From the human T2T-CHM13v2.0 reference genome, Homo sapiens, in NCBI RefSeq assembly GCF_009914755.1, contig NC_060926.1: a stretch of DNA of 64,000 nt; one strand, 5' to 3'. The notes under the pieces are model-generated. The model did not search any database. It had not been told where the DNA came from and saw only the letters and a list, made by a program, of their open reading frames with translations. Position numbers and translations under genes: made by a program. Of the stretch, positions 11,603 through 24,759 are shown piece after piece (the stretch's first letter is position 1; the number at the start of each line of letters is the position of its first letter).

Positions 11603-12031
11603 TGTATTAGTCAGGGTTCTCTAGAGGGACAGAACTAATGGAAGGGGGAGTTCATTAAGTACTAACTCACACAATCACAAGGTCCCACAATAGGCTGTCT
11701 GCAGGCTGAGGGGCAAGGACAGCCACTCTGAGTTCCAAAACTGAAGAACTTGGAGTCTGACGTTCGAGGGCAGGAAGTATCCAGCATGGGAGAAAGATTT
11801 AGGCTGGGAGGCTCGGCCAGTCTCTCTTTTCACATTTTTCTGCCTGCTTATATTCTAGCCATGCTGGCAGCTGATTAGATTGTGCCCACTCAGATTAAGA
11901 GTGGGTCTGCCTTTCCCAGCCCACTGAATCAAATGTTAATCTCTTTCGACAACCCCCTCACAGACACATCCAGGATCAATACTTTGTATCTTTTAATCCA
12001 ATCAAGTTGACATTCAGAGTTAACCATCACA
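11603..12031 (-). mobile_element. HERV-L #1 5' LTR (MLT2A1-like, 429 bp)
   Basis: Minus strand tgtgatggttaa...gaaccctgactaataca with intact termini. Confidence 0.95.
11994..12004 (+). promoter_or_regulatory. DUX4-type double-homeodomain motif TAATCCAATCA
   Basis: Exact fit to TAAYYYAATCA inside the MLT2A LTR. Function untested. Confidence 0.55.
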
Positions 12032-12559
12032 CAGGCCCACCTCCCCTTTGGTGATTCTGTGGTAACATTTATCTGCAGCAATGAATTGTCAGAAGCAGCA
12101 GTCTTCAGCTACTTCTATTTCATGGATGAGTAGCTTTCTATGTTATCATCTAGTATAGAGGCCAACTTGCACCTTGGTTTAATCAATTTTAAAAATATAT
12201 AATTCTTTTTTTTTCTCTTGCCATTTCAGCCTTTATGGCACTCTCTTAGAAATACTTTCCTATTTCCCTGACCTCTACATGCTCCCCTCCCAGGTACTCT
12301 TGCAAAGGACACATGGTTGAGTTTACCTATAGACATTAGACAATGGATGAACTAGAAACAGATTTTGAAGCCACAGAAATCTTATCTTCCTGCAACCAAC
12401 TTTCTTCTGCATTGTACATCAAGTAGGTCTGAGTTGGGATATTTCAATAGCTTAAAGGGTGTTCTGGGAGCAAATTACAAAATATGAACGTTAGAAATGG
12501 GGTGAAATGAATGAGCTGTGTGAGAAAACTGTGGTAAATTTTCTTTAAAAATGAGGTCA

Positions 12560-12915
<356 letters not shown>

Positions 12916-13158
12916 TTATAATGTCTTATCTAAGTGTGATATCATCGATAATAAGGAATTTTATTTCCTTTTCCAATATTACCTTCAGAAACTGAGCAGT
13001 TAAAATTATTGATCAACCTGGAGTCCTCCCAAAGGATTCAAGTTAATATCCATAGGTATTTCCTGGGCACCTGTCATGCTCTGGGTATAGAACATAATAG
13101 ACAAAGATCCTGCCCTCATGAAGCTTATATTCCATTTAATAGAAACTCATTCTCTCTC

Positions 13159-13470
<312 letters not shown>

Positions 13471-13889
13471 AAACTCATTCTCTCTCTTAAAACTTCATTG
13501 CCAGCAAAATATTTGGTATATCTTAAGTGTTGTGTAATGATACTGAATCAATAAAAATCGAGCTTACTTATCTGAGTGCACTTCCAGTCAAATAAAACTC
13601 TATCCTGGATGCATTTCAAAAAACATACTTTTTAGATCATCACTGGGCTCCCTAGAAAGAAAAATCTCTAAAGATTAAAAAAGAAAGTAACTCACAACTG
13701 AAGAAGAAACACTAAGCTAAAACTAGAGCAAGTGTCTAGGGGTCGATAGGCATTATATGCTAATAATGTGACAGGTAAAGTTACCAGGAGGGTAGACACT
13801 GCCACACTCTAACAGTTCAAGCCTAGAGCCACCAGTAGGATCCCGTATTAAGCCAGTTTCCTGCCAGTGAACTAAAGAGGGCCCAAATC

Positions 13890-14178
13890 AATAGTAGCTC
13901 ATATGATTATGGAGATTGGCAAGTCCAAAATGTTTAGTGTAGGCCAGCAGGTAGAGATTCAGGAAAGCTGAGGGTGTAGATGAAGTCTGATGGGAGTCTG
14001 ATGGAGAATTTCCTCTTGCTCAGTGAAGCTGGTCTTTTTGTTCTATTCAGGCTTTCAAGTGATTGGATGAGGCCCACTCATATTATAGAGTGCAATCCAC
14101 TTACTCCATGTTTGTGGATTTAAATGTTAATTTCACCCAGAAACATCCTACAAACTGACACATAAAACTAACCATCAC
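13890..14178 (-). mobile_element. Old ERV-L LTR fragment (MLT2C/D-like)
   Basis: gattggatgaggcccac...taaatgttaat...aactaaccatcaca terminus. Confidence 0.8.
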
Positions 14179-14953
14179 AAGAGGAAAAATATGAAGTCTA
14201 TTATTTTTAGGTGATATGATTTTTTTCTACTTAGAAAATGTTAAATAATTTATAAAAATCATAATTTATGAGGGAGTTTAGCAAATTATGATTTCTCTCC
14301 AAATTTTATAGCTATTTAATTAAATTCTAGCTAAAATAATAATTTTTTAAATTGGTGGTTGCTGTTTTTCATATTAATTAAAAATTAATACAATAAAATT
14401 TATTTTAAAGTGCATATGGTAGAATAAAGCCCAAGAAGATCTAAGACAGTTCTTGTGACATGATGAACATTGCCAAGCAAGATAGCAGTGTATTTCCCTA
14501 GTAATTAATACAGTGGCATTGATATAGTAATAAAATTGCCTAAGAAACAGAATAATGAGCTCAGAATCAGGGCCAAGATTTGTGGAAACATGACACATTG
14601 CAGAGTCAGCATTACTAATCACTATGAAAAGTATCAGTGATTCAATGGGAATTAGTCATCTAACACACAAAAGAAAATTGAAATTGTAGTCCTACAATTT
14701 TGATGTGGCATGGTTATTAGAATCTCACCAAATGTCCCAATCAATTCCAGGTAGAATGAAGACTGAAATGTGAAAAAGGACAACTTAAAATTTTAGAAGG
14801 AAGTGAAGGAGAATATTTGTTATCATCTGAAGGTTTTTTTTTTTTTTTTTAATGGGGGACTTCTATAAAAGCAGCCAAAAAGTAAAAACAAGAAAGAAAA
14901 TATTGGTAAATTTATTTTAAAATTACAACAAATGTTCCATAAAAGTCTCCCAA

Positions 14954-15232
14954 GGCTGGGTGCAGTGGCTCACGCCTGTAATCTCAGCACTTTGGGATGC
15001 CGAGGCGGGTGTATCACGAGGTCAGGAGATCAAGACCATCCTGACTAACACGGTGAAACTCCGTCTCTATTAAAAATACAAAAACAAAATTAGACTGGCG
15101 TGGTGCCGGGTGCCTGTAGTCCCAGCTACTCAGGAGGCTGAAGCAGGAGAATGGCATGAACCCGAGAGGCGGAGCTTTCAGTGAGCCAAGATGGCGCCAC
15201 TGCTCTTCAGCCTGGGTGACAGAGTGAGACTC
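14954..15232 (+). mobile_element. AluY-like element lacking a poly-A tail
   Basis: Diagnostics gagatcaagaccatcctg and agaatggcatgaacccg. Ends at gagactc with no A-tail or TSD. Confidence 0.93.
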
Positions 15233-15700
15233 GGTGACAAGTTGCCAACTTGAAGGAGATACCTGTACACACACAATTGAAAAATATTAATGTGTTTGTC
15301 ATAGGAAACACATTAATAAATTATAAAAGGTGTATATTATTATCAATCAGAAAAATATAAATTAACTCACTATGAAATTCTATTTTCCTCCTTTTATATT
15401 GGTTGAAATTGAGAAGTCTGTAAATCTAGTGTTTGATTGCTGACTTAGGGACACTCATTTACATGGCTCAAAGGTTCATAAATGTGCGCAGGTCACTTTG
15501 GAAAGCAATTACTTTCAGCACAGCAACTCTGTTAGTTAGATGTCCTAGACAACTCCTGTACATGTGCACTAGGATCTCTGTATAAGAATATTCATAGCAG
15601 ATTGTCTCAAGATAGCAAAACAAAACAGAAAAAAAAAACAACAGCAGCAACATAGCCCTAGAGATTACCCAAATATCCTCAAATAGATGAATAAATGGAT

Positions 15701-16128
15701 GGTTCCCCCTTGAACAACACAGGGTTTAGGGGCACTGAGGCCCTACACAGTCAAAAATCCAGGTATAAATTTTTACTTCCCCAAAACTTATCTACTCATA
15801 GGCTTAAGTTGGTTGAAAGTTACTAATAGCATAACGAGTCAATTAACACATTTTTTGTATGATTAATGTAGTATACATAGTATTGTTATAAGAAGATAAG
15901 CTACAGAAAAAAAGAAAATGTTATTAAGAGAATCATAACAAGAAAAAAATGTTTACTATTCATTAAGTTGAAGTGTATCATTATAAAGGTCTTCATCCTC
16001 ATTTTTTTCATGTAGAGTGGGCTGAGGAGGAGGAAAAGGAGGCATTGGTCTTGTTGTCTCAGGGGTTGTAGAGGCAGGAGAAAATCTGCTTGTAAGTGCA
16101 CCTGCACAGTTCAAGCCTATGTTGTTCA
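15701..16128 (-). mobile_element. Tigger2a (MER28)-like DNA transposon
   Basis: cccttgaacaacac TIR-like start, ...cagttcaagcctatgttgttca end, and internal gctgaggaggaggaa...gtcttgttgtctcagggg. Confidence 0.8.
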
Positions 16129-16157
16129 CATACCACAACCATAACATGGATGAATTT

Positions 16158-16527
16158 ATTTTATTTTACATATTTTGTTTTTATTTTTATTTATATGAAT
16201 TTAAGGGGGTGCAAGTGTAGTTTTTTTTACATGGATATATTGCATGCTGCTGAAGTCTGATCTTTTAGTGTAGCCTTCATTCGAATAATGTACATTATAC
16301 CCATTAAGTAATTTTTAATGCCTTATTCACCTCCCACTCTCCCACCCTTTGGAGTCTGCAATGTCAATTATGCCCCATTTTATGACCATGTGTACACATT
16401 ATTTATAAGTGAGAACATATAGTATTTGATTTTCTGTTTCTGAATTGTTTCTCTTAATGCCCTCCAGTTCCATTCATGTTGCTGCAGAAGACATGATTTC
16501 ATTCTTTTTTATGGCTGAATAATATTC
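16158..16527 (-). mobile_element. L1MA/L1PB 3' end
   Basis: T-rich tail and L1 3'UTR. TSD-like aacatggatgaattt / aacatggtgaaattt. Confidence 0.85.
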
Positions 16528-17480
16528 AACATGGTGAAATTTAGAAACATATTGCTCAGAAAAAAACAAAGAGAAAAACACATGTAATGATTACATTTAT
16601 ATAAAGTTCAAAATAAAATGAAACAATATATTTTGACATAAGTACACAAATAATAAAACTATTTGAAACATAAAGGCAGTTTAAAATGATAAACACAAAA
16701 TTTACAGTAAGTATTTCCTCTGGAAAAAAGCAAGCTAGAAAATACGATACAGAAGAAATACAGAGGTGGTTTCTAGAATTTTGGTAATGTCTTTAGATAG
16801 TGATCTGTTTAAAGGTTTTTTTTAAATCACTTTCTTTCACAGCTTACATATATAATAAATTTATAATTTTATTTGTAAGTGTCAAATGCTTTATAATATT
16901 TTTAGTAAATATTGGAGCAGAGGATAAAAAGAGTAGGGCATATACAACTCTTATAATTGCACAGTGCTACATAGCATGCTATGAGAAAATAGAAAAAGCT
17001 ACATATTTTGCAAAACTCTATGGTTTACATCATCTCATTTAATGCTTATACAAATTCTGTCATGAAGGTAGAGTAATTGATAATACAAAAGAGAGAAAGT
17101 AAATAGCCTATTATCATTATATAGTTAGAGGTTGAAATCTCATTCTGTTTGATCTAACTCTACCCCAGTGCTATCTAGTATATCATATGGTGCTGAAGGA
17201 TGAAACTCACTGAAGGAAAGAGTAATATTTTTACAGAAACTATCAGCCAGATAATAGGATGGAAATAATAGATTGGGGATTAAAGGGCACCAAAATTGTA
17301 GTTGTAGCTGTAGTTCTCAAAGGAAAGTACTGGAAAAGCAACAAAGAATGAAAAACATTGCTTTAGCAAATGCTTTCATTTAAGGTGTTGGTGAAGAAAT
17401 ATAAGCATAAAAAATTGCACCTGAAATGTTTAGCTATGCCTTGTTTTCTAACAAATTTTACGTAAACTATTTTTGATGGC

Positions 17481-17839
17481 TGTATTAGTCCATTTTCACA
17501 CTACTATGAAGATGTACCCAGACTGAGTAATTTGCAAAGGAAAAAGGTTTAATTGACTCACAGCTCCACATGGCTGGGGAGGCTTCAGGAAACTTAAAAT
17601 CATCGCAGAAGGGGAAGCAGACACATTCTTCACAAGGCAGCAGAAAAGGGAAAGAGCCAAGTGGGAAGATCCCCTTATAAAACCATCAGCTCTCATGACA
17701 ACTTACTCACTATCATGAGAACAGCATGGGGGAAACCACCCCCATGATCCAATCACCTCCCACTGGGTCCCTCTCTCGACACTTGGGAATTATAGTTCGA
17801 GATGAGATTTGGGATGGAACACAGAGCCAAACCATATCA
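17481..17839 (-). mobile_element. MaLR solo LTR (THE1/MSTA-like)
   Basis: tgtattagtccatttt...gccaaaccatatca. TSD atggc/atagc. Confidence 0.93.
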
Positions 17840-17954
17840 ATAGCTCTTTAAGGATTAAGTTTGGATATGGGTGAGAGTAAACCAAAAAGTAGTTGTGGTC
17901 TAAACAAGAGAGAATTTTATTTCTCTATATAAGTACTACAAAGACTACTTATAC

Positions 17955-20900
17955 TTGAGGAAGGACCCTACTACATTATTGAAAATTTATGCAGTGAATC
18001 TTTCTCTCTTCTTTCCCCGAGGAGACCTCCAGCCTTTTACCAGGGTAACTGTGCACTGGGGAAAGGGAAATGATCAGACATTTCTGGACTACTGGACACT
18101 GGCTCTGAGCGGACATTGATTCCAGGGGACCCCAAATGTCATTATGGTCCTCCAGTTAAAGTAGGGGTTTATGGAGGTAAGATAATTAATGGGGTTTTAG
18201 CTCAGGTCTGACTTATTTTACAGTGGGTCCAGTAGGTCCCCAGACTCATCCTGTAGTAATTTCCCCAGTGCCAGAATGCATAATTAGCATAGACATACTT
18301 AGCAGCTGGCAGAACCCTCACATTGGTTCCCTGACTTGTAGGGTGAGAGCTATTGTGGTGGAAAAGGCCAAATGGAAGCCATTAGAGCTGCCTCTACCTA
18401 GAAAAATAGGATTATGGAAATTAGTGCCAGCATCCAGGATTTGAAAGACACAGGGGTGGTGATTCCCACCACATCTCCATTCAACTCTCCTATTAGGCCT
18501 GTGCAGAAGACAGGTGGATCTTGGAGAATGACAGTGGATTATCGTAAGCTTAACCAAGTGGTGACTCCAGTTGCAGCTGCTGTACCAGATGTGGTTTCAT
18601 TGCTTGAGCATATTAACACATCTCATGGTACCTGGTATGCAGCCATTGACTTGACAAATGCCTTTTTCTCTATTCGTGTCCACAAGGCCCAACAGAAGAA
18701 ATTTGCCTTCAGCTGGCAAGGCCAGCAATAGGCTTTTACTGTCCTACTTCAAGGATATATCAACTTTGTGGCTTTGTGTCATAATCTTATTCGGAGAGAA
18801 CTTGATTGCTTTTTGCTTCTGCAAGATATCACACTGGCCCACTACATTGATGACATTATGCTGATTGGATCCAGTGGACCAAGGAGTAGCAAACGCACTG
18901 GACTTGGTGAGACATTTGAGTGCCAGAGAATGGGAAATAAATGTGACTGAAATTCAGGGAACTTCCATCTCAGTAAAATTTCTACAGGTCCAGTGATGTG
19001 GGACCTGTTGAGATATTCCTTCTAAGATAAAGGATAAACTGCTGCATTTGGCCTCTCCTACAACCAAGAAAGAGGCACAATGCCTAGTGCACCTATTTGG
19101 ATTTTGGAGGCAACACATTCCTCATTTGGGTGTGCTACTCTAGCCCATTTATCTAGTGACCCGAGAGACTGCCAATTTTGAGTGGGGCCCAGAACAGGAG
19201 AAGGCTCTGCAACAGGTCCAGGCTGCTGTGCAAGCTGCTCTGCCATTTGGGACATATAACATAGCAGATCCAATGGTGCTTGAGGTATCAGTGGCAGATA
19301 GACATGTTGTTGGAGCCTTTGGCAAGCTCCCATAGGTGAATCACAGCAGAGGCCTCTAGGATTTTGGAGCAAGACCATGCCACCTTCTGCAGATACTACT
19401 CTCCTTTTGAGAGACAGATCTTGGCCTGTTACTGGGCTTTGGTGGAAACTGAACGTTTGACTGTGGATCATCAAGTCACTGTGAGACCTGAACTGCCTAT
19501 CATAAACTGGGTGCTTTCTGACCCATCTTGCTATAAAGTGGGTCATGCACAACAGCATTCCATCATCAAATGGAAGTGGTATATATGTGATTGGGCTGGA
19601 GCAGGCCCTGAAGGCACAAGTAAGTTACATGAGGAAGTGACTCAAATGCCCATGGTCTCCACTCCTGCCACCCTGCCTTCTCTCCCAAAACCTGCACTGA
19701 TGGCCTCATGGGGAGTTCTCTATGATCAGTTGACAGAGGAAGAGATGACTAGGGCCTGGTTCACAGATGGTTTTGCATGATATTCAGGCACCCCCCGAAA
19801 GTGGACAGCTGCAGCACTACAGCCCCTTTCTAGGACATCCCTGAAGGACAGCACTGAAGGTAAATCTTCCCAGTGGGCAGAACTTCAAGCAATGAACCTG
19901 GTTGTGCAGTTTACGTGGAGGGAGATATGGCCAGATGTGTGATTATATACTGATTCATGGGCTATAGCCAGTGGCTTGGCTGGACAGTTGGGGACTTGGA
20001 AGAAGCATGATTGGAAAATTGGTGACAAAGAAATTTGGGGAAGAAGTATGTGGATGGACCTCTTTCAGTGTTCAAAAACTGTGAAGATATTTGTATTCCA
20101 TGTGAGTGATCACCAGCGGGTGACCTCAGTGGAGGTGGAATTTAATAATAAAGTGGATAGGATGACTTATTCTGTGGATACCACTCAGCCTCTTTCCCTA
20201 GCCATCCCTGTCATTGCCCAATGGGCCCATGAACAAAGTGGCCAAGGTGGCAGGGACGGAGGTGAGGCATGGACTTTCACTCACCAAGGCTGACCTGGCT
20301 ATGGCCATTGCCACTGCTGAGTGCCCAATTTGCCAGCAGCAGAGACCAACACTCAGCCCTTGATATATCACCATTCATCAGGGTGATCAGCCAGCTACCT
20401 GGTGGCAGGTGGATTACATTGGAGCTCTTCCATCAAGGAAAGGACAGAGGTTTGTCCTCACTGGAATATAGACACTTACTCCAGATATGGGTTTGCCTAT
20501 CCTGCACACAATGCTTCTGCTAAGACTACTATCTGTGAACTCACAGAATGCCTTATCCATTGTCATGGTATTCCACACAGCATTGCCTGTGACCAAGGCA
20601 CTCACTTTAGAGCTAAAGAAGTGTGGCAGTAGGCTCATGCTCATGGAATTCACTGGTCTTACCATGTTCCCCATCATCCTGAAGCAGCTGGATTGATAGA
20701 ACGGTGGAATGGCCTTTTGAAGTCACAATTACAATGCCAACCAGGTGACAATACATTGCAGGGCTGGGGCAAAGTTCTCCAGAAGGCTGTGTATGCTCTG
20801 AATCAGCGTCTAATATATGGTATTATTTCTCCCATAGTCAGGATTCATGGGTCCAGGAATCAAAGGGTAGAAGTGGAAGGGGCATCACTCACCATCACCC

Positions 20901-21763
20901 CTAGTGATTCACTAGCAAAATTGTTGCTTTCTGTTCTCGCGACATTATGTTCTGCTGGCCTAGAGGTTTTCATTCCAGAGGGAGCAATGCTGCCACCAGG
21001 AGACACAATAACAATTCCGCCAAACTGGGAGTTAAGATTGCCACCTGGACACTTTGGGCTTCTCCTACCTTTAAGTAACAGGCTAAGAAGGGAGTTAAAA
21101 GGTTAGCTGGGGTGATTGACCTGGACTATCAAGATGAAATCAGTCTACTTCTCCAGGACTGGGTGAGGAAGGGTATGCATGGAATGCAGGAGATCCAGTA
21201 GGGCGTCTCTTAGTATTACCATGTCCTGTGATTAAGGTCAATGGGAAACTACAACAGCCCAATACAGGCAGGACTACAAATGACCCAGACCCTTCAGGAA
21301 TGAAAGTTTGAGTCACTCTACCAGAAAAAAAGCCACGACCTGCTGAGGTGCTTGCTGAAGGCAAAGGGAATACAGAATGGGTGGTAGAAGGTAGTCATAA
21401 ATACCAGCTATGACCACGTGACCAGCTGCAGCAAGGAGGACTGTTATTTTCATGAGTATTTCCTCCTTCCTTTTTAAAAAACATGTTTGTGCATGTGTAC
21501 ATTGTACAAATGGATGAAGAAAATATCTTCATTTTATTTCCTTTTCTGTTATCATGTGACATGAGATTTATTGACTTCACATCAGCATTTAAGTATTGTT
21601 AACTTTATGTAATAGTATTTGGGTTGGGGATTGGTGCTTTTCCAGTTGTACGATGAATAGTTGTATTACGTTAGGCATAATTATGACTTATTATTGTCTT
21701 TATTTGAAGATTATGTATGATCTCAGGAGATGTGTATGGGTTCAAGTTAACAAGGGGTGGACT
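17955..21763 (+). pseudogene. HERV-L #2 internal region: protease, RT, RNase H, integrase, dUTPase remnants (5'-truncated)
   Basis: ctggacactggctct protease site. [80 protein letters not shown] aaggggtggact at 21752-21763. Many stops and frameshifts. Confidence 0.95.
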
Positions 21764-22028
21764 TGTGATGGTTAATACTGAGTGTCCACTTGATTGGACT
21801 GAAGGATGCAATCTTGATTCTGGGTGTGTCTGTAGGGTGTTGCCAAAAGAGATTAACATTTGAGTTAGTGGGCGGAGTCTTCAGTTTTGGGACTCAGACT
21901 GGCTCTCCTTGCTCCTCAGCTTGCAGACAGCCTATTGCGGGACCTTGTGATCATGTAAGTTAATACTTAACAAACTCCCCTTTATATACCTATAATACAC
22001 GTATCCTAATAGAACCCTGACTAATACA
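21764..22028 (+). mobile_element. HERV-L #2 3' LTR (MLT2A) with internal deletion
   Basis: tgtgatggttaatactgag...gaaccctgactaataca. Only 265 bp; the middle is missing at ~21873 relative to 11603-12031. Confidence 0.93.
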
Positions 22029-22946
22029 GCTACATTAGCGCTGCATTGTATTAAGGACCCTAATCCTTCAAGCTTATGGCTCTGCCATGTGACTGCCATT
22101 CCCACGGTGACCTCTTCATCAAGGATGGCTACCCCAACCACATTAAAGCCAGCAGAAAGAGTTGGACAGATCATTTCCCCTTACATCATTTTGGCCGTAA
22201 CTTAGTCATACAGACATACCTAAATTCAAAGGAAGCTAGCAATGTAGTCTGTATTCTAGATGGCCATATACACAGATAAAATATGCAAATTCTATTACCA
22301 AGAAAGAAGGGAACAGCAGATATTGGGGGATATATAGTTGTCTTTAACGCAAATAAATTAATGTGTATTTCATTTCTTTTATCCCTCATAGAATACAGTG
22401 TTGGAGCAGGGTAATATTAGATATTAAATTAAATGCATGGTAATCCATATAGTAGTTGATTGCCTGTGTGAGAAGATCTTATGAAATTTCCCTTTGATTA
22501 TTTCCAAGGGACAGATAAGGCAAAGTCATGCTTCTCTAGCAGTCTCTGAAGAATGGAAAGCTTTTCAATTTGAGATAGAGTTTACTAGAAGTAAGATGAA
22601 TTGAAAAGATGAAGGTTAAAGGCCAGAAATGTGTTGAATGACAACAGTAATGAGAACAATTATCCCTAAAAAGGAGTAAGGGAGTGATGTGGATTGGGTA
22701 TGGACTCAATGGGTGTCAGAAAATGTAAAAAGGCAATACAGAGGAAGTTAGGAAAGTTAACTAGATTTTTTTGTGCTGATACAAATTGACCATGCCCATC
22801 CTGCAATATGTCATATATGCTTCTAATACATTTTTAATTAAAGTCAGCATGATGTATTAAAACAAAGCATAATAATAATAAAATTTTAAAAAATGTAAAC
22901 TTTTACAATCATTGAAAGGCAAAAATAAAATAAAACAAAATAAAAT

Positions 22947-23472
22947 ACAGTTGATCCTTAATATCTGTGGTACATTTATTCCAGGACGCCCCTCTTCACC
23001 CTCCAGATACCAAAGTCTATAGATGCTCAAGTCACTAATATAAAATGGTGTAGTATTTGCATATAACCTATGCACATCCTCTCATAGACTTTATTTCTAA
23101 TTAATTTTATTATTTTTAATTTTTGTGGGTACATAGTATGTATTTATATGTGTATATATATACATATATATGGGGTACATTACATGTTTTGATATAGTGA
23201 TAGCTTAACAGGATGACTATAGTCAATAATAACTTGATTGTACATTTTAAATAAGAGTGCAATTGGATTGTTTGTAACTCCTGTATACTTTAAATCATCT
23301 CCAGTTTACTAATACCTAATACAATGTAAATGCAAGGTAAATAATTGTTATACTGTATTGTTTAAGGGATAATGACAAGAAATAAAGTCTGTACATGTTC
23401 ACTGCAGAAGCAGCCATCCATTCTTCTTTTTAAAAAAATATTTTTGACTAGTGGATACACAGGCTGACTGTA
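22947..23472. mobile_element. MER2 (Tigger family) DNA transposon split by an L1
   Basis: tacagttgatcc... and ...gctgactgta TIR/TA ends. Internal ataaaatggtgtagtatttgcatataacctatgcacatcctc. Confidence 0.88.
23094..23277 (-). mobile_element. Short L1MA 3' insertion with 5' inversion
   Basis: 23094-23193 is an antisense L1MA terminus (ttttgtgggtacatag...ggggtaca). 23194-23277 is a sense L1MA 3'UTR (gactatagtcaataataact..gtacatttt). Degenerate 15-bp TSD. Confidence 0.75.
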
Positions 23473-24425
23473 TTCTCAAAATATGCAATAAAATTTCCTC
23501 AAAGACAGAATAAACTGAATGGAACAAATAGCTCCAGAGCCAGAGGGAACACCTTAAAGTAACCTTGTTTAAACTTGCAGCATCTTTGCTATTATGCCTT
23601 TTTATTTGTGTTTAACTTTAAAAATCACCAAAATTTAAAAAATTTAAAATGTATTCCAATAAATATTTTAAGCTTAAAATTTCACCATAAATTTGACATA
23701 TCCTTGTCAATAAATTTCAAATATGAAATTCCAGAAAGTAAAAATTCAATTTTCCATAATCCCTACATCCAAAATTAATCATTTGCTATATAACTTTATA
23801 GGCTTTTTACTATGGATTTATTTAGGCTAACTATTTGGAATAAAAATGTAATACATATTTTGTGAGTTACTGGTAGGATGATACTGAATTACAAAGAGAG
23901 AAGAAAACATATCAGATTTATAATTAGGAAATTTATTTATTTATTCTAAATAATTCATAAACTTAAGCTGGTATATGTGTGTTCATACAACAGCAACATT
24001 TTATTTGTATTGCCCCCATAATTCATGAAAAGTGAAGATCTTAGTGCTGCCAAAGAGGCATCATGATGCAAGGTTTTCACACATCTTGGATGGAAATTTC
24101 AATGAGTGTAATTTTTTATTGAAGTCAAATCTGTTGCGATATAGCTGTGCTAATTTTTTTAAATCAAAGAACAGTTTCCTCCTACAACAGCAAGAAAACG
24201 TTTATCAAAATACTTTTTTAGTGAAGAGATTTCACTGAATCACTTTCATGTTTATAATTAATACTCTAATTTGAATCACATATAAATAAATTTTTCTAAG
24301 CACCAAGGGCCCTAACAATCAAGTTTCTCCAGCTAAGTCCCAGATATCATCTTTATAGCAATTCTCTTAATGCACAGCAAAATCGCCCACAGTTTTGCTT
24401 TAAAATTATTAACTAAGAGGGTCCA

Positions 24426-24759
<334 letters not shown>

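Larger units (their letters stand above)
6184..12031 (-). mobile_element. HERV-L provirus #1 (rearranged, defective) with MLT2A LTRs
   Basis: Outer LTR termini tgtattag (6184) and taaccatcaca (12031) are flanked by an identical 5-bp TSD CAGGC (6179-6183 and 12032-12036). ERV-L gag/pro/RT homology lies inside. Confidence 0.95.
14180..16900 (+). mobile_element. Old L1M(E) ORF2 and 3' region, host to nested insertions
   Basis: Degenerate L1 ORF2 motifs (gtaattaatacagtggcatt..., aatattcatagcag...) continue across the Alu, Tigger and L1MA inserts. Confidence 0.7.
17850..22345 (-). mobile_element. Old MLT1(J-like) LTR split by HERV-L #2
   Basis: Arms ~17850-17945 and 22029-22345 (ttggccgtaacttagtcatacagacatacctaa...aaggaagctagcaatgtagtc). 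Confidence 0.55.

Noticed and set aside
17955-21400. Functional or domesticated retroviral pol/dUTPase gene
   Set aside because: Split into many short frames by stops and frameshifts; the longest pol-frame ORFs are under 140 aa.
17955-22028. HERV-L #2 as the displaced missing half of HERV-L #1
   Set aside because: The two overlap over ~1.5 kb with many differences, their LTRs differ, and #1 already has both termini with a matching TSD.
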